Under the pieces are notes generated by a model. It was not told the origin of the DNA and searched no databases. It worked only from the letters and a program-made list of their open reading frames with translations. Below, piece after piece: positions 24,515 to 34,069 of a stretch of 64,000 bases of DNA. The position numbers and the translations under genes were made by a program. Position 1 is the stretch's first letter, and each line of letters opens with the position of its first letter. The DNA is from a virus, in IMG/VR virus record IMGVR_UViG_3300024264_000006, positions 64,001-128,000 of that record; one strand, given 5' to 3'.

Positions 24515-25012
24515 TTATATAGCGATACACTCAGCTGTTACCACTGAACGATATTGTCCAGCAGGAAAAGCCTTGTCGTAACCATAATTAGCAGTCGATG
24601 CGACCTTAAACCATGTGCTTCCAGCAATAGTCAAGTCGATCTCTGTTATGTTATTGTACTCAATTTTGTTGTTGTCATAAGCAGACATAGCAGCATCAGA
24701 TACTTCTGATACAGTTACATCACCAACCCAAACCACCACATCATTAAGAGTAGGACTCTCTGTGAATTCATTCGGTCTTGAGATGACAGCCTTGTAGTAA
24801 TCCGCTTGGATTACGTCATACCTAACGACAGGCGGTACACCACCGTTCGACAGATTAGTTGTCAACGTATTTGGCGTTGGGTTACCATAGACACCTTGAG
24901 TGTCTGTTGTTACTACACACTTAGAATCTACAGAGCCCATAATTGGGACTTCGGCAGCTACTGCGTTAGACAACGTAAAAATGCCTAGTAAGGCAAATAT
25001 ATTTTTAAACAT
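24515..25012 (-). CDS. Exported fimbrial-subunit-like (spore-coat-U/CsuA-B-like) protein
   Basis: Signal peptide; I.GSV.SKC.V near the N-terminus and AGQYRSVVTAEC C-terminal strand; 165 aa. Confidence 0.55.
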   Translation of the reverse strand: MFKNIFALLGIFTLSNAVAAEVPIMGSVDSKCVVTTDTQGVYGNPTPNTLTTNLSNGGVPPVVRYDVIQADYYKAVISRPNEFTESPTLNDVVVWVGDVTVSEVSDAAMSAYDNNKIEYNNITEIDLTIAGSTWFKVASTANYGYDKAFPAGQYRSVVTAECIAI

Positions 25013-25039
25013 TATAGTGCTCCTATGTAAAATGTTTTT

Positions 25040-25906
25040 TTATTTTTTATACTGTAAATTTACTAACTCTTTATGTAATAACTGTTGAGCGAGATTTTGT
25101 CTCCGTAACAATCGATTGTCTGGAAGACTTGCATCTTTCAAAACAACAGTTTCTTCATATTTCGAGTCCGGAAGAACTTCAAAGTAACTAACCGGAATAT
25201 AATTCTGAGCCATCAATGACGTATGTTTACGTAATGATTCAGAGGCCAACAACGAGTTGTTAACCGTACCCAAAATCGCCTCCAGTCTCATATCTTCTAT
25301 CTCTTCTTCCGACATCATTTTTTGACGATCTTTATCTTCTTCATCCTCATCACGTGGTTCCCAATCCTTTTCTAGTTCTCTCTGAACCCACTGATCGTTA
25401 AGTGGATCATAAAACCCTATCTCCGGAATTACCGGAACAGGTGGGATATAGTCGGGACAAGATGGGTCTGTAGTAACACCAAAACACGTATCGTAAGAAT
25501 AATTGTACAATACGGTGGCGCCCTCTACCGAACCTTTCCCTTCTACTTCAATCGACCCATCTCCCCAAAACTCTAATGGTATTGTATTGACGGGTACGAG
25601 TTTATTGATTGAGTTGCCAGGCAACCCACTCCAGTCATCTGCGTTCCTAAAGATATAACCACCATTGATGGCATCTTCGTTTTGAACATAAACAACCATA
25701 TCATCTTCTGCATTCTTTACCGTAGTATAACGGTATACGATTCCATTGACAGTCAATCCCGCATTCTGAGGCAGGATATTAGTCATAACCCAATTGAGGC
25801 CAAATGCGGCCGCATTGGGTGAAGTTTCGTTTACTTGTTCAGAGTAAGAGTAGGACGAGCAAACTAGCAATGCCAGCGCCGCCCAATAGTGTCTTGTTTT
25901 GGTCAC
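25040..25906 (-). CDS. Exported protein
   Basis: Signal peptide, beta domain, C..DPSCP motif, acidic linker. Confidence 0.7.
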   Translation of the reverse strand: MTKTRHYWAALALLVCSSYSYSEQVNETSPNAAAFGLNWVMTNILPQNAGLTVNGIVYRYTTVKNAEDDMVVYVQNEDAINGGYIFRNADDWSGLPGNSINKLVPVNTIPLEFWGDGSIEVEGKGSVEGATVLYNYSYDTCFGVTTDPSCPDYIPPVPVIPEIGFYDPLNDQWVQRELEKDWEPRDEDEEDKDRQKMMSEEEIEDMRLEAILGTVNNSLLASESLRKHTSLMAQNYIPVSYFEVLPDSKYEETVVLKDASLPDNRLLRRQNLAQQLLHKELVNLQYKK

Positions 25907-26444
25907 TCATCGGCTCCTTTTTCTTATCTTCATCTTCAACGGGTAAATCATCAGTATTTACTGACCATGCAGCTTTAGCTTCCTCACCTATTAGTCCATC
26001 AAACGGACAAGGTGTACCAGCATTCATCATAGCGTCAAAAACCCGTGGGTCTTGACACATAAGAGATACTGCTGCAACTTTCATACCCATATCGAATAAT
26101 GTCTTAGAATTTTTTAATCTTTCACAGTTATCGTCTGTTACTTGTGTGCCTGTTGAGATACCTAGTATCTGAGTTTGGATTGCACCCGCAACACCAAACG
26201 TACATAGGTCTGAGTTGGAGGTATTGATCGTAGGAGAGATCGCTGAGGCCGGAGGCGACTTCAACGTAGTAGTAGTATTACCATTAGTGGTAACGGTAGA
26301 CTCAGTTATGATAGGTTCGATTGCAGGCGTTACGGGTTCATCCGTACCCCCGCCACCATCTTGAGCGTTAGCGTCTTCTGCCAGTAATCCGAAAGAGAAC
26401 ACACAAAGTGCAATCAAGGACAATTTTCTTATTGCGTTATACAT
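25839..26444 (-). CDS. Exported cysteine-containing protein with C-terminal TM anchor
   Basis: Signal peptide; SPPASAISP...NCERLK...MKVAAVSLMCQD...GTPCP. Confidence 0.75.
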   Translation of the reverse strand: MYNAIRKLSLIALCVFSFGLLAEDANAQDGGGGTDEPVTPAIEPIITESTVTTNGNTTTTLKSPPASAISPTINTSNSDLCTFGVAGAIQTQILGISTGTQVTDDNCERLKNSKTLFDMGMKVAAVSLMCQDPRVFDAMMNAGTPCPFDGLIGEEAKAAWSVNTDDLPVEDEDKKKEPMSDQNKTLLGGAGIASLLVLLLL

Positions 26445-26477
26445 ATTATACCCATTGAAAATAATTCATATCAAGGG

Positions 26478-26485
26478 TATTTATA
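26478..26485 (-). promoter_or_regulatory. T4-type late promoter heading the exported-protein operon
   Basis: TATAAATA about 34 nt upstream of ATG 26444. Confidence 0.8.
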
Positions 26486-26526
26486 CTTGAAGTTATCTCA
26501 AAGCGTCAATTAATTGACAGCTAAAA

Positions 26527-26820
26527 TCAGATTCTTTCGGGAACTGAACAGTCCAAATCATCTAGTTCTTTAGTCATACGGTGATACTCTCCACAGACAC
26601 CTTCGAACTCTTCCCACATTTCTTGGAATCTTAGATTAGTCAATTCTTTTGTTCCAAGCAAAAGGTTTCCTATCTTATCCGCATGTTCAGCTGCGATAGG
26701 AAGATTATCAAGGTATCGTAAGATGCTATCGATATCATCGACTACACTCCAAGTCCTCATAATTTTGTCTTCCAGTGCAATGATATTGCCGGTAATGGGA
26801 TCAATAAATGGTTTGTTCAT
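26527..26820 (-). CDS. Conserved hypothetical protein
   Basis: LEDKIM..W.VVDDI...NLLLG pattern; AGGA SD. Confidence 0.65.
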   Translation of the reverse strand: MNKPFIDPITGNIIALEDKIMRTWSVVDDIDSILRYLDNLPIAAEHADKIGNLLLGTKELTNLRFQEMWEEFEGVCGEYHRMTKELDDLDCSVPERI

Positions 26821-26861
26821 GACAATTCCTTAGTTGGTGATGCGGTAATGTTTTACCGCTT

Positions 26862-27614
26862 TTAGTAGTATTTCTGAAAAAGGTGGTGAAGTAGTTCCGC
26901 ATAGTATCTGTGCGATTCTGTGCCGGGATGTCCATTCTCTGCAATGTCTTGAAACTTTTCTCTTGAAAGTGAGTATAGATCATCTCCGACACCCAAACCC
27001 AATCTGGAAGATTTCCTTAATCTACTGAACATATTAGATATCTTGGTAGTGTAATCTTGCCATTCGGGACGATTGGACTTGTATATCATTTTAATATTTT
27101 CAAGGTTTCTTTCATGGAAGCCACCCTGAACCAACTTAATACCTTTAGCGTCACATAGGTCTTGGAGGGCCAACATAAACGCCAATCCGTGAATAACATC
27201 GGTCTTGTATGTCTGACATAGATTATACCATTGATGCATGGCGCCCCATCGTTTAGACGCTAACCAGTGAATCCTATCAGCAGAGAACTGAGTCATACAG
27301 TCACTTCTCTGTACCTTCGATTCATATTCGGTATGATCAAGTTCGTGTGACCCTTCTGCCAATTCATTTCTTTGCCATGCTGACCAAAGGACAACAACGT
27401 GAGTAATATCATCATTAGCAGCAAGAGCCTCAATTGTGTCACGGAATATCTTCTCGTTTCCGTTACCACAGGCTGCAATGTTCAGAGGTTTAACGCCCAA
27501 CTTTTTCGCAAGGTGATATGTGAAGGTTAATTTCTGGTGTGTAGGCGGATCGTTGTAACAGCCGGGAAGTTCATCTCCCCACACAAAACTACATCCACAT
27601 GTTAATAATTTCAT
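26862..27614 (-). CDS. SGNH/GDSL hydrolase-like protein (paralog 1)
   Basis: GCSFVWG, NIAACGNGN, HPG..H. Confidence 0.65.
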   Translation of the reverse strand: MKLLTCGCSFVWGDELPGCYNDPPTHQKLTFTYHLAKKLGVKPLNIAACGNGNEKIFRDTIEALAANDDITHVVVLWSAWQRNELAEGSHELDHTEYESKVQRSDCMTQFSADRIHWLASKRWGAMHQWYNLCQTYKTDVIHGLAFMLALQDLCDAKGIKLVQGGFHERNLENIKMIYKSNRPEWQDYTTKISNMFSRLRKSSRLGLGVGDDLYSLSREKFQDIAENGHPGTESHRYYAELLHHLFQKYY

Positions 27615-28444
27615 GGTGCTCCTGGCGTCATGTTGTTAAATGTCTCATAAAGCATCTGTGCATAATACGTATGTGTATTTCCACAAGGATGCCCCAGAGG
27701 ATATAAGAAGCAATCCGGTTTTGATTCAGCAATACTTGACATGTCTCTGCCGTCACCAAAACCAAGTTTACATTCTGGTCTAAGATACTTTATATAGTGC
27801 TTTATTTCTTTTACTGCAAAGGGTAGAACATCTTCTTCTTTGAGAACACATTTGACATTATTCCACAGATCATAATGTATGACTCCTTGAATCAACTTAA
27901 TACCTTTAGCATCACACATGTCTTGCATTATGGTCATGTAGTTTAGATGATGGAGAACTGGAGTTGCCATGGTGTAGGCATGTTTGAACCAATTTATACA
28001 GGCCTGTTCATGTTCTTTTTTCTTTTCGTCTGCCCAGTGATCGTTCCAACCTCTTAATCCAAAACGTAAACTTCCCTGATAATGATCTGGGATTAATTGA
28101 TTCATATTGCATTCTTGGAAAATCCAAACCTGTTCGTCAGTAGGTCTGTGATCCATACTAACAATTTCGGTTCTACCCCAACTAGACCACATGATAACCA
28201 TATAGTCAACTTGTTTAGAGGTTTTCTGTAAGAAGGTGGTGCCTCTTCTTAGAATTTTTTGATTGGACGCACCGTTAGCCCCTAAGTTTACATAGTCACG
28301 GTCTAAGTGTTCTGCTAGTTTATGAGAGAATGTGAGATGATGATGGATAGGCGGCATGGGCCTACCCTTCTCATTGAGTCTTCTAGAGCCAGGCAGTTCA
28401 TCGCCTTGGGTGAAACTATCACCATTAGTCAGTAGTATTCCCAT
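27611..28444 (-). CDS. SGNH/GDSL hydrolase-like protein (paralog 2)
   Basis: GDSFTQG, NLGANGASN, HPC..H. Confidence 0.65.
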   Translation of the reverse strand: MGILLTNGDSFTQGDELPGSRRLNEKGRPMPPIHHHLTFSHKLAEHLDRDYVNLGANGASNQKILRRGTTFLQKTSKQVDYMVIMWSSWGRTEIVSMDHRPTDEQVWIFQECNMNQLIPDHYQGSLRFGLRGWNDHWADEKKKEHEQACINWFKHAYTMATPVLHHLNYMTIMQDMCDAKGIKLIQGVIHYDLWNNVKCVLKEEDVLPFAVKEIKHYIKYLRPECKLGFGDGRDMSSIAESKPDCFLYPLGHPCGNTHTYYAQMLYETFNNMTPGAP

Positions 28445-28889
28445 GTGTCCTATCGTGCTCGAATAACATCAAAAACCCGTAATGAATAATCTTCATTATA
28501 TCTTTTCGATGATCTTCTGCTGTTCCCTTTTTTCCGTAACGTCCATTGTATTTATCAACATTGCCAGAAAAGAAACCCATACCATGACCACGATCAATGA
28601 TCACTTCAGACGATTGTAGTCCGCCTTGACCATAGTGTGCACCATAGGTAGAATCGATGTAGTTCTGAAACTCTTCAATAAGTTCACCTTCACGAAATTT
28701 ATATTCAATTTCTTCCATATCATAATCCAAGTTGTAGTCACTATCAGTGACCGTAAATATTTCTTCACCGGATGCTCGTTGGGATTCCATTGTTTGTTTT
28801 CGTTTGATTTCGCCTAGGTGCATCCGATTCATTTCATTCCACTGTTGTGGTGTGATATCATCGATGCTGCCGTTATTTGTTTTCGCCAC
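28425..28889 (-). CDS. DUF3310-like protein
   Basis: YIDSTYGAHY...GNVDKY..RYGKKG...DIMKIIHY. Confidence 0.7.
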   Translation of the reverse strand: MAKTNNGSIDDITPQQWNEMNRMHLGEIKRKQTMESQRASGEEIFTVTDSDYNLDYDMEEIEYKFREGELIEEFQNYIDSTYGAHYGQGGLQSSEVIIDRGHGMGFFSGNVDKYNGRYGKKGTAEDHRKDIMKIIHYGFLMLFEHDRTHGNTTD

Positions 28890-30342
28890 TGTTCAAGTAC
28901 CTCACTCTGTTGACTTCATATTCATCAAATCCATATTCAAACTGGTTCTTTAAAGCATGCCAGTCCCTATACCTGCTATTTTCCAAACAGAAGGCCATCT
29001 TATCAGAAACACCTATGTCTGTCAAGCCTAAGGTGTCTAGAAGTTTACTTTGTTGTGGTGTGGGTTCTTCAAACACTGCAAGATAGTTTAGAGCGTTCTT
29101 ACGCAACAACCAGAAATTATTGTGGCCCAATATTTGTTCTACACGTTCTTGGAATGGATGTACCTCAACAAAACCCTTGAAGACGTACTCCGCATTATCC
29201 AACTTCTCCAACTTAAACGATAGGGGATAATACTTGGTATCATTATGAGAACGAACAAAGCACACATTCTTCTGTGGACTGTGTACTACCTCATAGTAGT
29301 TGTCCGCTATGAACCCTACACTGTCTTCAACATATGATCCTCTTATTGGTTTTACAAAAAGAGTCATACATTTGGATCGGGTCTCACCATACATAATTGC
29401 ACAATTCAATTGTCTCTCATCACACAGGTCATGAAGTTCTGGTGTGATCACTCCCATAGGGGAAACGAACTCAATTCTCTTTGCTTGTTCAGGCGTAATA
29501 TTTCTAGTACAAACTTCCAAGGTTTCTAAATTCTTAAAGAAGATAACCTTTCTATCATCCATCTCAAAGACGTTCTGTAAGGCCTTACCTAGACCACCCA
29601 TTTGCCACATCTCTATCCTATCCCACCAGTTCACAAAGTAGTGTTTTGTTGAACCCATGAAAGAGGCACACGTATATGTGATGAAAGACATGCCATGCAA
29701 CACATTAAAAGAATGGATACCAATAGTGTCCTTCATGTTAAACAATTTATAGTGACGATGAGCTAGACCCCAACACTCCTTGTGAGTATAATATTGGTAC
29801 TCAAATCCGTCTTCGAACTGACCATCCGAATAGGTGACCCAAAAAGGATCGTCAGGTAAAACATCTGGATGATGAAACTCAATCGGTTTATTATAGTTTT
29901 CAATGTCTACAGTATCGACGTTTATCATTTCAACCTCGACAGTATCCTCGTAGTACTCTTCCTGAACTCCATCCAACATCTTAAGTGTCAAGGAATCCCA
30001 AAATCCAAATGATGCGGGCAAGTCTGTCGCAACCATAGGAACCTTTGCTTTCGGGTTCCAAGCCAAATTAGCAGAAAACACTTGTGCACCTAGTTCTGCA
30101 CACGCCATAACAAGAGCGGTAGTCTTCACATTATTCTTCGAAACACCAAGACCGACCAATTGACCCTTGCGTAGTCCATACTCATTTGACAGGTATGCTT
30201 TCCATTTGTCAATAGTATTCCAGAAACGTTCCTTGTCATAAGGTGTTGAATCACCCAACATCTGATTCATGACGTTTCTGAGTTGAAGCTGTTCTCTGTT
30301 TTGAATTATGTATCGATCAATAATCATTTTCAATTTCCTCAA
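28873..30342 (-). CDS. Degenerate ANL-superfamily protein, paralog of 3338..4573
   Basis: Shared blocks KWK.YL, ACAELG, PDD.F, YTHKE, YGET, DNYY.V; P-loop degenerate (TYSDG). Confidence 0.55.
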   Translation of the reverse strand: MRKLKMIIDRYIIQNREQLQLRNVMNQMLGDSTPYDKERFWNTIDKWKAYLSNEYGLRKGQLVGLGVSKNNVKTTALVMACAELGAQVFSANLAWNPKAKVPMVATDLPASFGFWDSLTLKMLDGVQEEYYEDTVEVEMINVDTVDIENYNKPIEFHHPDVLPDDPFWVTYSDGQFEDGFEYQYYTHKECWGLAHRHYKLFNMKDTIGIHSFNVLHGMSFITYTCASFMGSTKHYFVNWWDRIEMWQMGGLGKALQNVFEMDDRKVIFFKNLETLEVCTRNITPEQAKRIEFVSPMGVITPELHDLCDERQLNCAIMYGETRSKCMTLFVKPIRGSYVEDSVGFIADNYYEVVHSPQKNVCFVRSHNDTKYYPLSFKLEKLDNAEYVFKGFVEVHPFQERVEQILGHNNFWLLRKNALNYLAVFEEPTPQQSKLLDTLGLTDIGVSDKMAFCLENSRYRDWHALKNQFEYGFDEYEVNRVRYLNSGENK

Positions 30343-30988
30343 TTAACATATCACGTAACTGTATTGCATTTTCATCACGGGAATCATTTTTACCATATCC
30401 GCAGAATTTATATGCGAGAGTAATACGTTCTCCACCAGCGTAGGCGGCATGCCAAAATATATTTTCAGGTTCTTCTTTTGGCCCAAAGTAATAGTGTCTG
30501 CACTGCCAACCTTTGACATCTGGAATAGTGACTACTTCGTCTTTCTCATTATCATAATAAGTAAAGTAACCATCACCATCTGACCAAGTAAAGAGAACTT
30601 GATAGGCAGAGGCATCCCAGTTAGTGTGCCATCCAACAAAACCGCCTGGCGGATAATACGACAAAAGGGCACTAGTGTGTGCCCCTATCTCAGCAGCGAA
30701 TTCAAACTTGACCATGTTCATATATGAAGACCAAACATTCGGGTCTTCACGCACCATCTTTCCAATCGGTTGTGCGAAATGCCTGTCCGGTGGGCCTACC
30801 AGTCCACCCTTGAGAGATACGTCTCTAAGGTATTCTTCACTGGTGTAATACTCACCCTTCTCCATGTCCTCAGTAGAACTGTAAGCGTAGTACTTGGGGT
30901 TTCTGTAACCCTCTGTAGAGAACATCTCATCTTTGAACTTATCAAGAGTAACAAGAAACGTCTTGTTGCGAATCGTGACTTCGGACAT
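30317..30988 (-). CDS. 2OG-Fe(II)/cupin-fold oxygenase-like protein
   Basis: YPPGGFVGWHTN...WHAA...RITL. Confidence 0.6.
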   Translation of the reverse strand: MSEVTIRNKTFLVTLDKFKDEMFSTEGYRNPKYYAYSSTEDMEKGEYYTSEEYLRDVSLKGGLVGPPDRHFAQPIGKMVREDPNVWSSYMNMVKFEFAAEIGAHTSALLSYYPPGGFVGWHTNWDASAYQVLFTWSDGDGYFTYYDNEKDEVVTIPDVKGWQCRHYYFGPKEEPENIFWHAAYAGGERITLAYKFCGYGKNDSRDENAIQLRDMLIEEIENDY

Positions 30989-31257
30989 TAGATAATAAGA
31001 CCGGATACCGCTTGACGATATGAAGAAGCAAAGTCATCACTAGTTGCTACCACATACACATAATTTTTAAACTGAGCGCTGGTAGGATTTTCACGGCCGG
31101 TCATACAGACACCACGTGCAAATCCAATCTCGTTTTCGGCCGTTGCAACCAACATACGAGGATCGTTGATCAAAAGAACACCGTCTTTCTCACCATTATA
31201 TTTACCAACATATTCACCACTCTGTGCTACCACAGATACAATATCATTTTTCTTCAT
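30988..31257 (-). CDS. Conserved Sm-like small protein
   Basis: DIVSV...GEYVGK...Y.QAVSGLII pattern. Confidence 0.6.
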   Translation of the reverse strand: MKKNDIVSVVAQSGEYVGKYNGEKDGVLLINDPRMLVATAENEIGFARGVCMTGRENPTSAQFKNYVYVVATSDDFASSYRQAVSGLII

Positions 31258-31417
31258 TTCTTATTCCCTTTTTAAAAGACCACTGATCAGTGATATCATT
31301 TTTCTCCCAGATAATAGTATCACCGACCTTAAGGTCAAGTGCATCCATCATCTCATCAGAGAATTCTAAACACTGATAGCCGTCACTATCTTCAATTACG
31401 TTACACGTATAAATCAT
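31244..31417 (-). CDS. AbrB/MazE-like small protein, 57 aa (not in ORF track)
   Basis: LEFSDEMMDALDLKVGDTIIW; ATGA overlap with thyX. Confidence 0.65.
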   Translation of the reverse strand: MIYTCNVIEDSDGYQCLEFSDEMMDALDLKVGDTIIWEKNDITDQWSFKKGIRNEEK

Positions 31418-32166
31418 CCTGTAAACTTACCCGTTTCAATATCAACACCCGCATCATCTACAAGTCTTTGTTTAGGTTCAGGATCAAATGCCTTCATTAC
31501 ATTCGGGAAGTGCACACCCAATAAATCCCAACAATCTTTAGCAATCAACATATGTTCTTTCTGTGTACCATTAGCCATTCGCAATTGACAGTAGTGAATC
31601 CATGATCGAAGTGTACCAGACACATAAAGAGTTGTCTCTGTGTTACCTTCAGGTAGGACTGCACGTGCTTGTTCTTTTGCGATACCATTATCTAGTGCCC
31701 ACTTATAGACTTGTTTTGACTTATTGATAACTTCAGACTGTTTCATATTCCAGTTTTCGTACAGGCGTTCTTCTTGAGTTTTATTACCACCCTTACCAAA
31801 GTCTTCGATATCTAGGTCAACAGAATTCTGTCGGTTCTTGGGGTCTTGCAGTCTTGCAGCCCTCTGAGTAAAGTCTTCACTGACCGCATACCTCTGAGAG
31901 AATTCTTGAAATGAAAACGAGCGGTGTCGAATAATTTGTCGAGAAATATCACGAGTCGTTGTAATTTCTATAGTTGCACTAACCATTTCAAAGGGTGACC
32001 AGTGTTGTTCACGGATCAAGTATTTCAACAGTTTTGGGGCCGTTTCTTTGTTCGCCTGATTGCCTGGGTTACTAACTCTAGCTGCATACGCAACAAGTTC
32101 TTCAGCAGTATGACAATCAGTGATTGCACTGGGTTGACTTAGAGAAATTAATTTAATCTTGCTCAT
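31414..32166 (-). CDS. thyX: Flavin-dependent thymidylate synthase
   Basis: HWSPFE, RHRSFSFQEFSQRY, EQARAVLP, TQKEH. Confidence 0.95.
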   Translation of the reverse strand: MSKIKLISLSQPSAITDCHTAEELVAYAARVSNPGNQANKETAPKLLKYLIREQHWSPFEMVSATIEITTTRDISRQIIRHRSFSFQEFSQRYAVSEDFTQRAARLQDPKNRQNSVDLDIEDFGKGGNKTQEERLYENWNMKQSEVINKSKQVYKWALDNGIAKEQARAVLPEGNTETTLYVSGTLRSWIHYCQLRMANGTQKEHMLIAKDCWDLLGVHFPNVMKAFDPEPKQRLVDDAGVDIETGKFTG

Positions 32167-32347
32167 TTTTTATTTCATTTTCCTTTTCTTCGTCGAACCA
32201 GCCCTTCTCCATGAAATATTCAAGGGCTTCTTCGACTCCTTCTATTTTGCCTTCTTCTTTTCCAAGATATCTTGCTATATACCATACAGGTACTATAACT
32301 AACAAAGAATAGAATAAGTGTTCCCACATTCCAATTGGTTCAGACAT
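32153..32347 (-). CDS. Small membrane protein
   Basis: N-terminal TM; coupled ORF. Confidence 0.6.
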   Translation of the reverse strand: MSEPIGMWEHLFYSLLVIVPVWYIARYLGKEEGKIEGVEEALEYFMEKGWFDEEKENEIKNEQD

Positions 32348-33774
32348 TAGATTTTAAATCCTCTGAATTTATTTTCCATGTTCAATCTCTCACCAGAGGC
32401 AGAGTTATCAAACGCTGGGCCATTGTCCTCTTCTTCCTGTTCAGAAGATTGATCACAATCGTATAACCGCATCTTACTACGATCCACACCAAGTACGAAA
32501 CGTGCATTGTATGTAGGATCATTATATCGGTTCTTAAGTTGTTTAACCAACATCTTACCTTGTGCTTGTAATTCTTGATTTGATATCAAGGCAAACATAA
32601 AGTCAGCAGTTGCGGGAAGTCCGAATGATTCGGAAGTATCTTCCAGACCGACATCATCATTAGAGTAACCAGAACGTGTTGTCTGCGTGGCAGATACGAT
32701 TGGTAGATCGAACTCCACAGCAAGTCCACGTAACTCTTCTGCAATACTCTTGATGTAAGTGTACGAGTTAATTGCACCACCCATAGACTTCATACGTGAA
32801 GAGGCACAGATGTTTAGATAGTCAATGTAGATGATATCAGGAACAAAGTTCTTTTTCAGTTTCAGTTCATTGAGAAGGGCACGGAAATGACTGGCGTTCG
32901 CTTGTCCTGTAGGATACTCCTTGACAATTAACTTGCCTTGAGTTTTACGGGATATCTCACCCACCCTATCACGGAACATATCCAGAGAGAGGTTCTCAAG
33001 TTGATCTATTGGAACATTCAATAGATTAGCATCGATACGTTCAGCAATGCGTTCCTCAGCCATTTCCATAGTGACATATAATACATTCTTACCTTGGGAA
33101 AGGTTAGCTCCAGCACAGTGGCACATAAAAAGGGATTTACCTACACCCGTACCCGCAAGGGCAATGTTCAGGGTCTTGTTAGGCATTCCACCCTTAGTGA
33201 TGGAGTTGAAGTATTCTAGATCAAACGGTAGTCGTTCTTCCTTCTCATGATAGAAGTTGTAACGAGAGTCTACGTTCTCTAGATAGTCATGACCAATGTT
33301 GGTATCAAAGGTAACCGCCAATGCCTTGGTCAGAACATCGGGGATAGAACCCTTGGAGAGGGTCTTGTGTTTACCTTCAATAATGTTGATTGATTCCATG
33401 ACAGCATTGAATACGGCCCGATCTTGGCACCATGATTCAGTACGGTCAACTAACCAATCTAAATTAGTGTTTTCTTCTTTCTGAAATAAGTTAGGTAGTA
33501 TCTCCATTGCATGACGGTACTGTTCATCCGACATACGATCACCTTCATCAATCTCAATCTTGAAGGCTTCCATCGTAGGAAGTTTGTTGTACTTGGCAAT
33601 GAACTTGGTAAACTCTTTGAATAGAGATCGATACACACCATCAAAATAATCTGGTTGTACGAATGCAGCTACTTTACGAGCATACTGATCATTTGTTACT
33701 AGGTTTTTGAGTACGGTTTGTTCTAAATTAATTTCCACTAGTTCTCTCTTTTGCGACAAGCCAACCTTCAGCAT
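32347..33774 (-). CDS. 41: Replicative DNA helicase gp41 (start probably GTG 33738)
   Basis: AGTGVGKS, TMEMAEE, IDYLNI, ATQTTR, SESFGLP, KQLKNRY. Confidence 0.95.
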   Translation of the reverse strand: MLKVGLSQKRELVEINLEQTVLKNLVTNDQYARKVAAFVQPDYFDGVYRSLFKEFTKFIAKYNKLPTMEAFKIEIDEGDRMSDEQYRHAMEILPNLFQKEENTNLDWLVDRTESWCQDRAVFNAVMESINIIEGKHKTLSKGSIPDVLTKALAVTFDTNIGHDYLENVDSRYNFYHEKEERLPFDLEYFNSITKGGMPNKTLNIALAGTGVGKSLFMCHCAGANLSQGKNVLYVTMEMAEERIAERIDANLLNVPIDQLENLSLDMFRDRVGEISRKTQGKLIVKEYPTGQANASHFRALLNELKLKKNFVPDIIYIDYLNICASSRMKSMGGAINSYTYIKSIAEELRGLAVEFDLPIVSATQTTRSGYSNDDVGLEDTSESFGLPATADFMFALISNQELQAQGKMLVKQLKNRYNDPTYNARFVLGVDRSKMRLYDCDQSSEQEEEDNGPAFDNSASGERLNMENKFRGFKI

Positions 33775-34069
33775 GAGCAGTCTCTAAAATATCTTCTAGA
33801 ATATCTGCAGCATGTTCCTGAAGGTCAGTGTCTTCAGTTGTTATGTCAGGGTCAGGGGTATATACTATCACAAAATTGAACGTAAGGCAATCCCTTTTTC
33901 CATCAAACGCAACATTACCATAACGAATAACAGTTTCCACAAAATCTCCACGTAGGATGCGAACATCCCACGCTTGATCATTTGGAGAGTCTTCTACGGG
34001 GATAAGATCATAATCCAACCCCACACAAACTTTGTCTACATTAAGCTTCGGCATACTCAGCAATCTCAT
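33728..34069 (-). CDS. gp40-like head assembly protein (positional)
   Basis: Lies between uvsX and 41 as in T4; acidic, about 107 aa. Confidence 0.5.
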   Translation of the reverse strand: MRLLSMPKLNVDKVCVGLDYDLIPVEDSPNDQAWDVRILRGDFVETVIRYGNVAFDGKRDCLTFNFVIVYTPDPDITTEDTDLQEHAADILEDILETAHAEGWLVAKERTSGN

